DNA of 64,000 bases from NCBI GenBank assembly GCA_038496445.1, contig JALMLS010000027.1, forward strand, positions 220,552 through 284,551, read 5' to 3'. The stretch is from Trichosphaerium sp. ATCC 40318. Its lineage: Eukaryota; Protista; Tubulinea. Both the position numbers and the translations under genes were made by a program. Below, piece after piece: positions 1 through 13,044 of this stretch (its first letter is position 1; every line of letters starts with the position of its first letter). The notes below the pieces were generated by a model that saw only the letters and a program-made list of their open reading frames with translations, was not told where the DNA came from and did not search any database.

Positions 1-1931
1 AGAATAACGTCGTAAGTTTGAAACAGATACATCGCCTCTATCACTGCGAAAAACTAATTGAAGAGAAGGACCTAAAGAAAAAAGACAACATGAGAAAAGC
101 GTTCGAACCAAAAAAAATTTGCGGAGATTTTCAATACGACAAATCACGTGACGAACAAAATAAATACGTACCCTTAATAAATGGGTTTCCTACTACATGC
201 ATTTTCTCTCCGCCTTGAAAAGAACCAAAATTACGACTCAAAACCTCAAGCTGAATATTCCCTAAAAAATCACAAAATTAGAAGGCGCTAGGTTCTATTT
301 TTAATGGATACGTACGCCGTCTGGTCAAAACTTTGCTATTTGAGTACGCATAAAAAGGGCTAGAGAGACACGTTACATGCTCTAATTTAGTTCCATTACC
401 CAACAATGTAAACCTAGACAAACAAAAAAGTCAGAAGATAAGAAAATCGAAAATGAAAGGTTTACCGAAGACAGAATTCGCGTTCGTTGTGTTTTGTCGA
501 AGCTTCGGACATTGATAAGTTTGTAAAGTCTACACGACCATCTGGTTTAATTTGTACTCTCTTACTTCCTGTGAGAATACCTTGACGTGGCTAAAAAGAG
601 CGAACATGAGCAATGGTTCAAAACAACTTTTTTGGAAACAAAAACTCGTAATGTCTCGTAACATACCTTGCTTGTATCACCAGGGGCTTGACTCTGTGGA
701 GAATATGCAAGCTCGGCAATCACTGATTTAGCACCAAGGCTCTTCCAAGGACCCAAAAGAGTTACTGAAGCGCTAAACGACCTAAATAATGAGAGTCAGT
801 TATAAAATTATAGGCACAATTGTATTGATTGAATGACGCTGTCACTGTGGTCACATGTTAATGAGACGTTGCGGAAAAAGATCTCTAGATTAAATTTTTT
901 GTACAAGGCTGTTAAGAAGCAGCAGCTATGTAAAAAAAAGCGCAAAAAGAGTTGTTCGTTGGTCGTAATAACGTTGCGAAAAAAAAAATTCTTTTGTTTA
1001 CCTTTTCTCGCTTGGTGTTCGTGTGCGAACTTCAACTGGTGGTTGTGTATGTACTACAATAACAACTTGCCCTGGAGCTAGAAAAAGAGAAAGGGAATAA
1101 GCAAAACAAAAAGCAATAACAAACAGCGAGGCAAAACTACCAAAAAGATCACGTGTAATCTCACTTTCCGACTTATTTCAGAAGGAAAACGAAAAAAAAA
1201 ATCCAAAACCTTGCGTAATCGATAAGTCGATTTCTTGCATACCTACTCTCCCTGTCATTGGTGCGTTTGCTAGCATATTATTACTGTTTACTAATGTCCT
1301 TGGAGGATGTGCAGTACGTGGTCTTGGTAGAGTAGCTGTTGGTTCTACTTTAATATCTCGTTTACCCTATGAAAGGTCCAAAGTTAGAAAAGTTCGCTTC
1401 ATCCTGTCAATCACTCAAGTGAAAATTTTTGTTGAAATGTTTTTTTTTTGGTTTCTTGAGAGCTTTATTAGGCTTCAATAAGTATTTACGCTATTTTATG
1501 CGATGTAGACTCTTCGGGTAATAGTTTGAGCGCAAATAGACAAAATAGTGTTTTGACAAATTAAAAAATCGTACCAAGGCCGTTAATTCTCTATTACTTG
1601 ATGGTTTTTGGTTGCCTCGTTGAACCACGAATGAAGGAAAGATTATTGGGGTATTTGAATCCATCATTGGCGAGTTTTGAGGCACCGCAAAGGACTGAGT
1701 GGGTGTTAAATAGGTGTCTTGACTTCTTCGACGTTCTCGCCCATTATAGCTGTAATCCATGTCCATTGACTCAAAATTCCCTCCAGAGTTGAAAGGAGAC
1801 TCGCTTGACTCCATAAACGCTGGTGGCGCAAATTCTGTTGAAGTTAGGTCGAACATCGTTCCATAACCCACAGATTGGCTGTTGTATGACGGTTCTTCCT
1901 TCCAGTCATCATCCCAACCATAGAATGCCAT
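1..1931 (-). CDS. Transcription factor with a Rel-homology/Velvet/CudA-like Ig-fold DNA-binding domain followed by an IPT/TIG domain (3' end runs off the window)
   Basis: Hand-spliced, frame-consistent GT-AG exons: 1931-~1575, ~1366-1242, 1077-1002, 781-667, 590-466, 413-316, 261-172, 71-1. Protein: acidic/low-complexity N-terminus, then VVIVVHTQPPVEVRTRTPSEKR...GRVDFTNLSMSEASTKHNEREFCLRFTLLGNGTKLEHVTCLSSPFYAYSNSKVLTRRRNIQLEVLSRNFGSFQGGEKMHVVGNPFIKGPSLQLVFR. Gene model is solid; family call is by motif recognition. Confidence 0.7.
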
Positions 1932-3897
1932 TATTTTCCGTTGGGAACTTCGAAGATCCCACGCTGTAGCGTTTTGCTTTTTACTACGGCGCGATACGCC
2001 CTGTTCTAAAGTACTTGGTCAACTTTGAAGGCCGAATTGACGAAAACAGACTCTCAGACTTAAACTCGCCCAAAGTGCCCGAAGTCTTACTACGTGTTTC
2101 AACAGCTGGTTTAAACGAACACCAAATTCGTTTTTTAGTGTTGCTGTAGAAAGAATTCTCGACTTTTGTTTTTTCTTTGATTTTTTTTTTTCTCAAACAA
2201 CCGTTACTTCGTCTATGTACCTCTTTTTATTTGAACAGTCATAAACTGCTGTTGATGTCTCTCTCGTTTTGGCATTGAAATCTTGTGTGAACAGAAGAGC
2301 ACAAGGCAATGGTTCTAGGGTACCGCTAGTGCATGACTTGGGAACATTAATAAATAACGCATTTTGGCCTATAATAAGGCTGTAGCATTACATGTATATT
2401 CGAAAATGGAAAATAGTTTTTGCGGTTTTTTGAACAATTATTTTTTCCATGGACCACAAAAATGGCGTCATGGTATTGGAGGGTGATTGGGGGTCGGAAT
2501 GTGTACATATTCTGTGCCCTGGTGCTCCTGTATTTCCCAACTGTTGAGTAACAGTAGCAACTTTTAATTTAATCACGTGCTACCCACTAGACAGTGAATA
2601 TAAACTCGAACCCCAATAATACCGAAAAATAACTATTATGATACCCACGATAGTGTATTAATATGAATAGCAAAGTACACTGTGGAATCTTTGGAACCTT
2701 CATTGTAAAAAACCCAACGAATACGTTGATTCACCCGATATTTTATGACTTCATTTGCTTGTATTTATACCTATGACTACTTGCGAGAAGTATACCCAAA
2801 TAATCAGGCTGTGAACACAAAGAATTTTTATAAATTCTGGAGAATTTTGAATACACCGTGTCCTTGTTCGGACTAAATTATGGAACGTGACAACGTGTAG
2901 TTTATAATGAGTTTTGGCGAATTCTTTGATTTGTTAAAATTCGCAGACCGTAGCCAAGTGAAGGTTCACAGGGTCTTGGTGTGCGAATAAAACACCAGGC
3001 GGGTCTATATTTCTCCGAGTCAGTTTAAAAAAAAGGTAACGTTTGTAACCGGACGTTTCAGGGGTAGCTATCGACCCAACCCAGGCCATGCAGTTAGTAT
3101 CAGGCTCTACACGCTTGAATTTGGATTGTCTTTAAACTGTAAGTGGATAGAGTTCGCTACTATATTAGCAGCGTACGTCGGAATATAAATGTCCCAGTCA
3201 ACTCTTCAGAGTTGGTAGCTTTTATTTGGTTAACGCCACTGCTTACAAGAATTGTGATCTAGTATTTATTGTTCTTACAAGTACGAGACGTAGTTGTTGT
3301 CTGTATCCATAGGATTTTAATGTGTACAACCAAGTTCGCGGTATTGAACATACACACCTTCTATTCAACACAAAGAACCTATAACCGTCCACCATACAAC
3401 AAACTACATTTTAAGGCATCGCATTTATTGTGGGTTTACAATGCAGTATTTGCGACTGAGGTTATCTCCATGTTAGATTCTACAAAAATTAGACATCTCA
3501 CTGCCAAAGACAAAATAATAGCTGAGCAGGATGCATTACTAGATTCACAGTAAGAAAATCAGTACACTCTGTACCGACCCAACAAGAAATTCAAAGCTTT
3601 TGCTCACTGTAGAAGATCTGCAACGTAAATAAAAAACCAATACGTTCAAGCCGAACCACATAAAACAAGTAGAAAGTTCTGTTAGTCTTGCCTAATGATA
3701 GTTTTTAAACTCAAATACTGAAAGTCAGTAAAAACTAAATTGCATTTTCTTTTAAACGACAATATTAGTCCGAACCCAGTGTACAGGTATCACCTGCACA
3801 AACACTAGAACATTGATCGGTGGAAATACTGTTATTAGTTAAATAGAACAAGAGGGAAGTGAACAAAGTCAATAAGTATCAAAAGGGTTTTTTACTT

Positions 3898-6002
3898 TTA
3901 TATGTGAGGTTCGAATCCAGGCATATGATAGTCATTACCAACAAGCATATCTGACCATAAAACAATAGCACCACAGTAGCTCCCAGCTGATTTTAAAAAA
4001 GTAAGAAAGTACAAAGAACAGAACTAAGAGACTAACCAAAGCCCATGTAAGGTGTTGGTGTGGGTTTTCTCATTAATGTTGGATCTGAAACAATCGGGTT
4101 TTCAACTACAAATTGCTGGAACTTTATTGCTCTGTAGAGGTATTTATCGTCTCCTGTTGCTCTGTGTATATACCTATATATTCCATTAATATACTGAAAG
4201 TAGTAGATAGGTCTAGTACAGTTGCATGTAGGTGTTACCGCTTATGCCATGTCCAAGCATTAAACCTTTTGTTAAAAGACCTTTTTCCCATACATTATCT
4301 GCAGCTTTTCTAGCTGTAGCTAACCAAGAATCGTTTTTAAACGTTTGCCATGCTTTCACAAGAACTGGTATAAATCCTGGAGAGCCATGGCACCACTAAA
4401 GGGTATAAGAAAATGAAGAGCACGTTTGACTGTTAAACAAAAAACAAGGCTTCAAAACATGCCTGTACAAGAATGTCCGGTTTTAGAGGGTAAGGAGACA
4501 CTAGAGGTGTGGGAAAGTTTCCTTTTAAGATGTAAACGTTAACACTTGCTGTTGTAACTCATCGTAGAGTACCTGAAGGAAGTTGGAGCTACCAAAAAGT
4601 TAGAAACAAAAACCTGTAAAAGAAAACAAACCTTGACATAGTAGTTCATTGTATCTGAAATCTGCTTCGCATAAGTTGTGTTTGAGACAATACCTTGTTT
4701 CATTTAATTCAAAAATAAAATTAACCTTAGATCATTACATACCTGGTACATCCAACAATTGTGTAATTATTCCTGTGGAACCCATACCTTGTCCCCAAAA
4801 GTACTGATCTATTTATGAAAATAAAATTATACTGCAATAAGAAACAACACAAGACTCGTCAAAGATATGTGACGCACTGAATTCTGCGTTTTTCCATGAT
4901 AAATGACCATCAATAGGATCAACGACAGCATGAGATAGTACTTGCTCGGCAACATTTACTATCAGCGATGCCGGAATGACTTCTTGTTTAAAGTAGTTAT
5001 TAAGATAGTTCCCTGCGAAAATAAAATCAAAACCACACGTGATTATAATACAAAGAACCTATCATAATCAACCCGGCTCTTCCACTGTCTATGTCATTAT
5101 AACTCGTCAAATGAGCATTTTTGAACCCTTCATTGAGTCATTCTCTCGCTTTCTTTTTTTTTTCTTATTTAGGGTTGTTACCTGTCAAAATCTCTTGAAC
5201 GAATTGTTTGGATTGCTCTTTATCACCTTGCAAATCGTATATGACTGATGCCAAGCAATACACTCCATTAGACGAGTATAAAAACGAAACATCCTCTACA
5301 AACACTGTAAATTAGTTATACATCATTCAAACGCACCAGTAGGCGTAACAGACATGTGCGATAATGAATAATCAATGTATTGCCTATGGAACGATGTGTA
5401 AGATAGAGAGTAGTGATTAATTTTAATCACGTGATTGAAACAGCAACTATCAAATTGACAATCTGCAGACTAGATTACATCCGTACCTCGCCCAACCAAG
5501 AACAGTTTCATTTTTGGTGTTAGCATATACACGTAAGAACGTCATTGCTCTTCCTGCACTACCAGCCATAACACTCCATCCAGCAGCATCCACCTAAAAC
5601 TCAAGATTAGCACGTATTGACAACATAGCTGCTTTTTTTTTCTCACCTGTGGAGACGCATAGGCTATCACTTCGTCAATGTAACTGTTTTGTAGCTTCTC
5701 AATACCTAGAAACCGTTATACAATAATATTGCATCTTTTTAAGTATAAAACGTGCTTTGACGAACAGTCGCAGGTAGGATAGTTGAGTCCCCTGGTTTAT
5801 AGTCTTCATAGGGATTATCGTAGTATCTTGTCAATAAAATGAGCTGTTTTAACACTTAATAGCGGTGTAGTACGCACCTAGGACATGGTGGTCCTATTTT
5901 TTGAGGACATTCTGGTGGTACAGGCTCCAATGCGATATTAGCACCAAAAGCAGCAAGAAAAATACAACAAAGAGCCAAGAACATAAGAAAGTTCATCTTC
6001 AT
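3898..6002 (-). CDS. Lanthionine synthetase C-like (LanCL) protein with N-terminal signal peptide
   Basis: Missed by the ORF track. About 15 exons give MKMNFLMFLALCCIFLAAFG (signal), SVMAGSAGRAMTFLRVY, DIDSGRAGL, YFWGQGMGSTGI, GNFP...DILVQWCHGSPG, VWEKGLLTKGLMLGHGISGNTY, KYLYRAIKF, ending MPGFEPHI* (LanCL-type C-terminus). Confidence 0.9.
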
Positions 6003-6613
6003 TTTAGACACTATATTTATTAAGATGTGCTAAGGCAATCAAAACGGTGGTAGATTAAGTTCCGACCAACACTTTTTGTGATTGTATACTTTGTGGAGAA
6101 TACCCAAATGGAGATACTTATCAATGGGGCAGCATCGCTTTTGAGACAGTTTCGAACTTGATTTTTGATTTACAGAATCTGAGACGTTTTTACTCACGTC
6201 AGAACCATCTTAACTTCGATGGCTATTTTGAACATGTAGCTAGGGTTCTATACTTGTAGGTATAAAAACAGTTTTGCGATTCGTTTGTGCTGTACCGAGG
6301 AAAAGTACTGACAGTCAAAGCAATTTTTTTGTAAACCACTTAGTATGTATCATGCTTTGTTTTACAACTTCATTTTTTTTCATTTTGATTGGCGTTGAGC
6401 AAAAGTTAACTAATCAAATGTTAAATCCTACCAATACACGTGATATCCAAATCACAATGTTACTCTTTAAACTATCTATGACAAATATGTGCTTAATTGC
6501 AAGCATGCAATAGAGCTAACCTTAATTAATTGTTGCTATCTCAAAGTGGCACTTCATTTCGTTGTTTATTGTACAAGTTTTTTTTTATAGTTCTATTTTG
6601 CATTTCAACACAC

Positions 6614-9600
6614 TCACATAATAAAATCGTCATTTTTCCTGTCTTCAAAAAATTGATGTATTACAGACAAGGCATCATCAGGTTTTCTAGTTGTAATATT
6701 TTCTCTTAACCAAGCAGGTAGATTCTTAGCATTGCCAGCACCTGCAAATCTACCATCTACAACAATACAACTTAGAAGAGATATAATTAAAGAAATTTAG
6801 GGACAATTACCTAACAAAACCATGACACCGTAATCGTCTTTGTGTCGAAGACATCTACCAATTGCTGAAGAAAAAAGTAAGAAAAATCAAGAATTCTAAC
6901 TGATTAGCTGCGGGCGTTCTTATTTTGATAAAAATTTAATTACCTTGGTTTAATGCACGCCAAGCTTGTAGTGTATACCATTCTGTACCATTTAAAAATC
7001 CATCTGATTGACGTGTGTTGTTGTACTCTTTTTTTAATTTTATTTTCAAATCAGTCCTGTTTTGAAAATTAGTAAGGTATATCTTAAAGACTGGAATACG
7101 AATAGAAATAAACGTACAACTGAGCAAAGGGTATGCCAACAGATATAACACCTCTAGCATTTGCATCCTTAAAATCAACACCTTCACTGACTTTTCCACT
7201 ACATAAGAAGTTAGCGATAAAAAGACAGATAATAATGTTCTATCATTGTGTATTCTGTACTCACCGACAAACAGCAAACATGAGTGCACCACGTTCAGTA
7301 CCGGTTGCTAATGCGTAGAATTGCTTTATTGTTTTATCAAACTCACGACCTGACGATCTTGGTTCAATAATGAGATCTTTCGTTTCCTCTAATTTCTCCC
7401 TAACAAAACGTAAGCACACTCACCCATTATAAATACTAAAAATGATAAAGGCTTGTAATTGACGTACCAAATATCCGTTTCTTGCCAACGTTGGATACAA
7501 CTAGTCATAAAAGAGTACCTATTTGTGAACACGTGAGTAAAAGTTTTGCGAATAGCAAATCATGTTCGCTTTGTAAAAGTGAGTCGTACGAAGGAAAGAA
7601 ACACAAGACACCATTTGGGATCTTTTCAGCAAGATCGTTGATATGGTTACCGAGATCATCAGTAACTTTTACATCACTACGTGTCTGATATGTGTATCTA
7701 GCCGTAGGTACAACAAGGGCTAATCTGTTCTCTTCTGGTACAACTAACGAGATAATAAATACGACGTTCAATTTCTAAGATGACTACAACACATACCATG
7801 AGGTGTTTGTACTTGAAATGCAAAGTTACAATCAAGTTCTGGCTCAAATAACTTCAGAGGATGAAGTGTTCCTAAAGAGAAAAAAATAAGAAAGGCTCAA
7901 CAACCTCTTTTCTCAAGCTTGGTTTTTCGTGTTATAAAAATAGTACCTGACGCGAGAATAACTGAGTGAGCATCTTTTAATGGACTAAAACCAACTGCTG
8001 GATTCATACACCATATATGAAAAGAGTAAGAATAAGTTGTTACCCTCTTTCTAGGTAGTTTTTCTCTTTTAACCATAATACGATAATCATTAATTGGAGC
8101 ACAACCGTTACTTAACATATGAGAAACTAGTCTAAATAATGTTCCAAGAATCTGAGTTGCCTTGCTAGGTAGTACTTCCTTTGTTTCTGCAAGAGCAGTC
8201 ATGCATTCTATGGAGTATACGTTAGAGATATTGTTGCATATGAAAACAAAACTACAAGTAGTATCCAGCCTATCAACATAGCACTGTTCATTGTTCTTGT
8301 TGAAGACGCACCTCTGTATTTTGATTGAGCGTTCTCTTCATTTACATCTATTAGCGAGAGGACTTGCATGAAATTATCACTTGATACAATAAAAGCACGT
8401 TGATCATTTTTGAAAAGGCCAGCAGCTCCCTCTAACCATTCTGTGATACCAATAGCAACCTTAATATCGTTAACATAAGCTTTGTGTTTAACACAAAAAG
8501 TATAAAGCATCATGTTGTACGTCTGCAGCATCCTTTAGGCGAGCATGGCGTGCTACGATTGACAGCATAGATTCTCGCAAATCTATTCAAAAAAATTAAG
8601 GTTCTCACTTGTCACGTGATATAAAAAAACCCAAGTTGATCACGTGATTTTGTGACTTATACTACGTACCTCTCATATCATCTAATTTTACATCAAAACT
8701 ATAAGCAGTACGGGAAGCGTCCTCAATATTACTGCACAATTATTAGAATCTTCACGAAAAAAAGCAAAAAAATAACCAGCTTACTGTGCCTCATCAATGA
8801 TAACAATATCACCATTAATATCTATACCCATAGCATCTCTATAACTTAAATTAGATTGAACATAGTACAAGCGGAAACAATGGAGACACTGCCACTCCTT
8901 CAGCAACGAAGACGAGATACAATTTTTTTAAAACTGGTAAATGAGTAATATCTCTGTCACAAGAATGTTCAAATACGTGCTTGATTGATGGTTCTATAAT
9001 AAAATTGTATGGACAAATAATAAGCTCTGACATCAGTATCAGTGATTTAGACGCATAGAACGGGCAAGCCTAATTAAAGAAAAATAAATAATTAAATAAC
9101 TCTAACCATTAATGTCTACCTTTTGCTCTTTGCCTATGGAAACAATATCATTCACATTCCATACTTCATCTTCTGATCCTCTCAAAATAGGCGAAGGGGA
9201 TGTTGTCAGTACTTTAGAACGAGACTAGAACTCACATTAACAATGAGTTTATAAATTAAGTTAAAAATACCTTGAATTCACATCCACCTTGTCTGATCTC
9301 ACGCTTACAAGAAGCATTGATATCATATGACTTCGATACCTCAGGATTAATACAATAGTGTTTCCTATAAACTAATAAGTACTGAAACAAGTAAATCCGA
9401 GAAAAAAAAACAAGCTTTCAAAAGTGAAATCTCAATAGCACCAAAACTTCAGTCACTAAAGTAAGACTTACCGTGCTGCTAAAACATTTAACTGAGGTCT
9501 GTATGGCGTTTTCTTAAGCTCTTTCACTAGTTGAGTCACTTGTGCATGCGTTCTGAGGAAGAACAAAGTAAGTACAAGTGTCAACACTATGTGAGTCTTC

Positions 9601-10144
9601 GATACCTTGTCCCATAGTAAATCTTTGGTACACGCTGGCCAGAGCGCATATCTTTTTGCTTTGCTTGCCAAGCAAGGCAAGCCGTTAAGAGAGCCAGTGA
9701 TTTACCTGTACCAGTTGGAGACTCTATCAGCGCATTCTGTTTGCTGTCAAGCGCCTAGTAGCGAAAATATTACAAGATTGCTTGTCTTTTTTTTAATGTC
9801 CTTTTTGTTACCTGTATAATGTTCTCCATTGCCTCTATTTGCGTTGCATAAGGAGTATACGGAAATGAAATGGTTGTGTCAGCGAGAGTAGTTTGATACT
9901 TAGCATTTGCAGCAGCTCTAGATGAGCCTCGTCGTGGTGTACGCTTTAGTTTGCGTAAAGACTAGTGATTGGTCAGAGAAACAATAGAAGCACAATAACG
10001 TCATATATAAGCGTAAAATAAAGTATTTAGGCGTTGCAGACGCGTCATACGCTACTACAGATTTTTTTTAAACTTTTCGCCGTTTTCTTCGTCACATCTA
10101 CTATTTGAACGTACTCCAAGTGTTGTAACCAATCGTGAAGCCAT
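6614..10144 (-). CDS. Fe-S cluster DEAH DNA helicase, XPD family, FANCJ/BRIP1-RTEL1 group
   Basis: Spliced motifs [53 protein letters not shown] (Fe-S), [62 protein letters not shown]. Start ATG 10144 inferred from a GTACGT donor and frame. Confidence 0.9.
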
Positions 10145-10400
10145 TGATGGTAATTTTTATTAAACGTACACTAACACTTACAAAATTGACATATACCTCT
10201 GCTATACGCAACGAAAATCTAGTATTGCAATCTTCAAATACTTTCCTGGCTTATCAACAAAAAACGGTGAGCTTACGAAGAAAACTAAACAAATTTCGCC
10301 TAAACCGAATAAAAAACTCACGTGTCCATAACAAGTACTCTCAAATATACATCAACAACACAAGGCGTTTATTTACCCATCTCCAAAAAAAAACTTGTTT

Positions 10401-12144
10401 CTACTGCATTACAATCTTGATTTTACGACCTTGAGATATATCCGGTTTTATAGCATTTGTGACTTGTGTGCATCCACAAATGTCAAGCATTTTTAATTTT
10501 TTGAGACCTAATACTCTATGTATTACTGCATCTGTAATTTTATCCAACCAAGCCATTGAGAGCTCCTAAATACCGTTATAAGATATTCTACGACAACTTT
10601 TTTCATCTGAAAAATAAAAAAACTAAAATCATACCTCCAAGTTATTCATATGAACAAAAAAGTCAGCTCCTTCATTAGATATACTGCTACAACCACTCAC
10701 AGATAACACAGATATTGTCTTAATTTGACATAGGAACCTCATACCATTATCTGTTAAAGAATCACAGAAGGAAAGATCAAGAACAGTAAGTTGTTTCGCC
10801 TAAATTCTCATTAGCTTCAAGTCAAATCACTCTGTCGTGCATACCTGAGTAAGTTGAGCTAAATAATTATCTGTGATGCGTCCTCGTGATAAATAGAGTC
10901 TTGTGAGGTTTTGTAATGGAATACGATGAGCGCCTGACAAAGGTTAGGTATTGTTTCATTTAATAACAAGAACATTAGGCTACACGTTCTAAATCATTCC
11001 ACATACCATTATCAGTAATTCCAAAACAATTTGACAAGCTCAACACTTTAAGTGAATGTAGATTTTCAATATTTGGCATACCCTATTCGAAGCACGTAAG
11101 CATCAAAACTCAAGAGTAAAAAAAACTTCAGTGAAAAAAAATACTAACCTGATCTGTGAGACGCATACATCCATGAAGCATTAGTCTTGTCAAGCTGTGT
11201 TCCAAATGTTTAAAAGCCTCAGCTCCTCTATCTGATATTTGACACTCAAAAATATCCTAAACAACGTCCGTTCAGTTAAGAGGTTTTTTTTTGCCGTTTC
11301 AAAAAAAATGACACTTACCAATTTTTTCAGGTTAGACAAATGTGACAGCTGCAAAAAGCTCTTGTCTGTGATTTTCGGGCAGAAAGACATATCTAGAATC
11401 TCCAAATTTGAAAGACTACTCAATTTTTCCAGTCCGAAGTCTACAGCGTATAAGAGAACAAATCGTTGTTTGAGCAGTTTGAAAGAAAAAAATTTAAGCC
11501 TTCAACAGGCCTGTCAATATTCGAGCTACTTGCCTGTGAGTTTGTGACAACCAGCCAGGTTCAATGCGATAATTCTCGGCAAAGAAATAGTACTAAAGAA
11601 TTTTTCTATCGATTGGTTCGTTAAATCAGTCCTGAAGCTTAGATTGACGGCCTTACGCCGTCTCGCTAAAGCCAACCATTGTTTGCAAACGCGCAGAACT
11701 CTTTTTGCGTTAATAAGTTACAAAACGGGTTATATACGCACCCGCTTACTTGTATGAGGTCCAACTGGTCTAGAATCATCTCAACAACTTCTGGGGGAAG
11801 TAAAGGATCTGGTGCTTTCTCCTATCATTTTATGTTAAACTTTGAGCTTATTAGGCAACTGTTAATACCGGTTGTTGCTTTGCGCGTTTTATAGCGTCTC
11901 GTTGTAACGCCAACCGACGCCTCGCACTTTGTACTTGCGCTGTGGAATATGTAGGGCCTTTAGCGTGGGCATGTGGAACGCCTGCGTAACCATGACCTTT
12001 GGCGTAAGCTGGGTTACCTGGTGCCCCACGCATAGGCATACGAGCCCTCCCACCCATCTGTTGCCTTTGTAAGAGCTGATGCTGCATAGCAGTTGGCGTA
12101 GGTGCCCTTCCTGGCTGTCTAGTTATTGGTTGATTACCCCTCAT
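10401..12144 (-). CDS. F-box / leucine-rich-repeat protein (FBXL-like) with Gln/Pro/Gly-rich N-terminus
   Basis: F-box LLPPEVVEMILDQLD...LRVCKQW, then cysteine-containing LRRs (LNLAGCHKLTDFGL, LDMSFCPKITDKSF, LDLSFCDSLTDNG, LDICGCTQVTN); stop TAG at 10401-10403. Confidence 0.88.
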
Positions 12145-12256
12145 TGCCAGCACCGTCTTGTAGCCAGAAATACACCGATTTGACTTTTGAGTTACCAAAT
12201 GGCTAGCTTAACACATAGTTGTAAAAAAACCGCGCGTAATACAACGTTAGTTCAGA
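12145..12256. promoter_or_regulatory. Probable compact bidirectional promoter (112 bp between divergent start codons)
   Basis: F-box/LRR ATG at 12144 (-) and basic-protein ATG at 12257 (+) diverge; positional inference only. Confidence 0.4.
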
Positions 12257-12994
12257 ATGTCACTAGAAGTGCTACGCAACCTGCCATCTGCCGAAAGCCA
12301 CATGGGCAAATTTGTAGACCGCCACACTCCCACACGGCGTTACCGACTACATACAGTGCGTAGAATTTAAATCTTGTCATGTAACTCTGTGTAGCAGCAA
12401 ATAAACATTGATGCAAGCGCGCCGTCCATCCTTATAAAGGGTTACACACCCCCAAGCAGTGAAAAAACGCCTGCCAAAAGAAAAAGGTAGTTAAAAAACC
12501 GTTGTAAATTGCTATTGCAACTTCATTAGTGTAAAATTACGCGCTTCGCACTGCCTTCGCACTGGCGCCTTCCAACGTTTGAGATGACATCTCATGTAAT
12601 TGTAGGAAATCATCTCGATGGGCTACACCAGACAAAGAGGTTCTAAAGCTAACACTAAGCCCAACAAGTGACAAGGGCAGGTACGTAGCCAAAAAAAAAT
12701 TTTACTCGATTTGTCAAACTCATTTGACGCCTTTGTAGCACACCATTGCATACCCCCAAACGCCGAAAACTTGTCCATACAGACGATAAAACAGAAATAA
12801 AGAACCCACAAAAGACGCGTAAGCGAAGACTACGCATAAAAATAACAAAAAAATCAAAAAACCCAAAAAGATTTCGTGTTCGTGTCTACGCGAACAAAAC
12901 GTTTACAAAAGATCAAGTACTGCAATTATTGGAGCATGCCGCTAAAAAGAAGCGACAAAAGGCTGAATTAAAGAAGAAAAACTTGACAACATAA
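12257..12994 (+). CDS. Hypothetical highly basic (probably nuclear) protein; N-terminus weakly DDA1-like
   Basis: Four frame-consistent exons (~12257-12355, 12395-12486, 12606-12680, 12739-12994): MSLEVLRNLPSAESHMGKF...QQINIDASAPSILIKGY...KRKRKSSRW...TPKRRKL...KKKNLTT*. Confidence 0.6.
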
Positions 12995-13044
12995 TTTCAA
13001 AAAGCGAAGTTCATTTTTTTGATTTCAAATCTCGCTCACTAGCT

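Noticed and set aside
1984-3850. Short ORFs in the ~1.9 kb gap upstream of the transcription factor
   Set aside because: No recognisable motifs or consistent splice chain; treated as intergenic/regulatory.
3905-3922. GGTTCGAATCC, tRNA T-loop/B-box-like
   Set aside because: T-stem does not pair, no cloverleaf, and it is the antisense of LanCL codons (GFEP).
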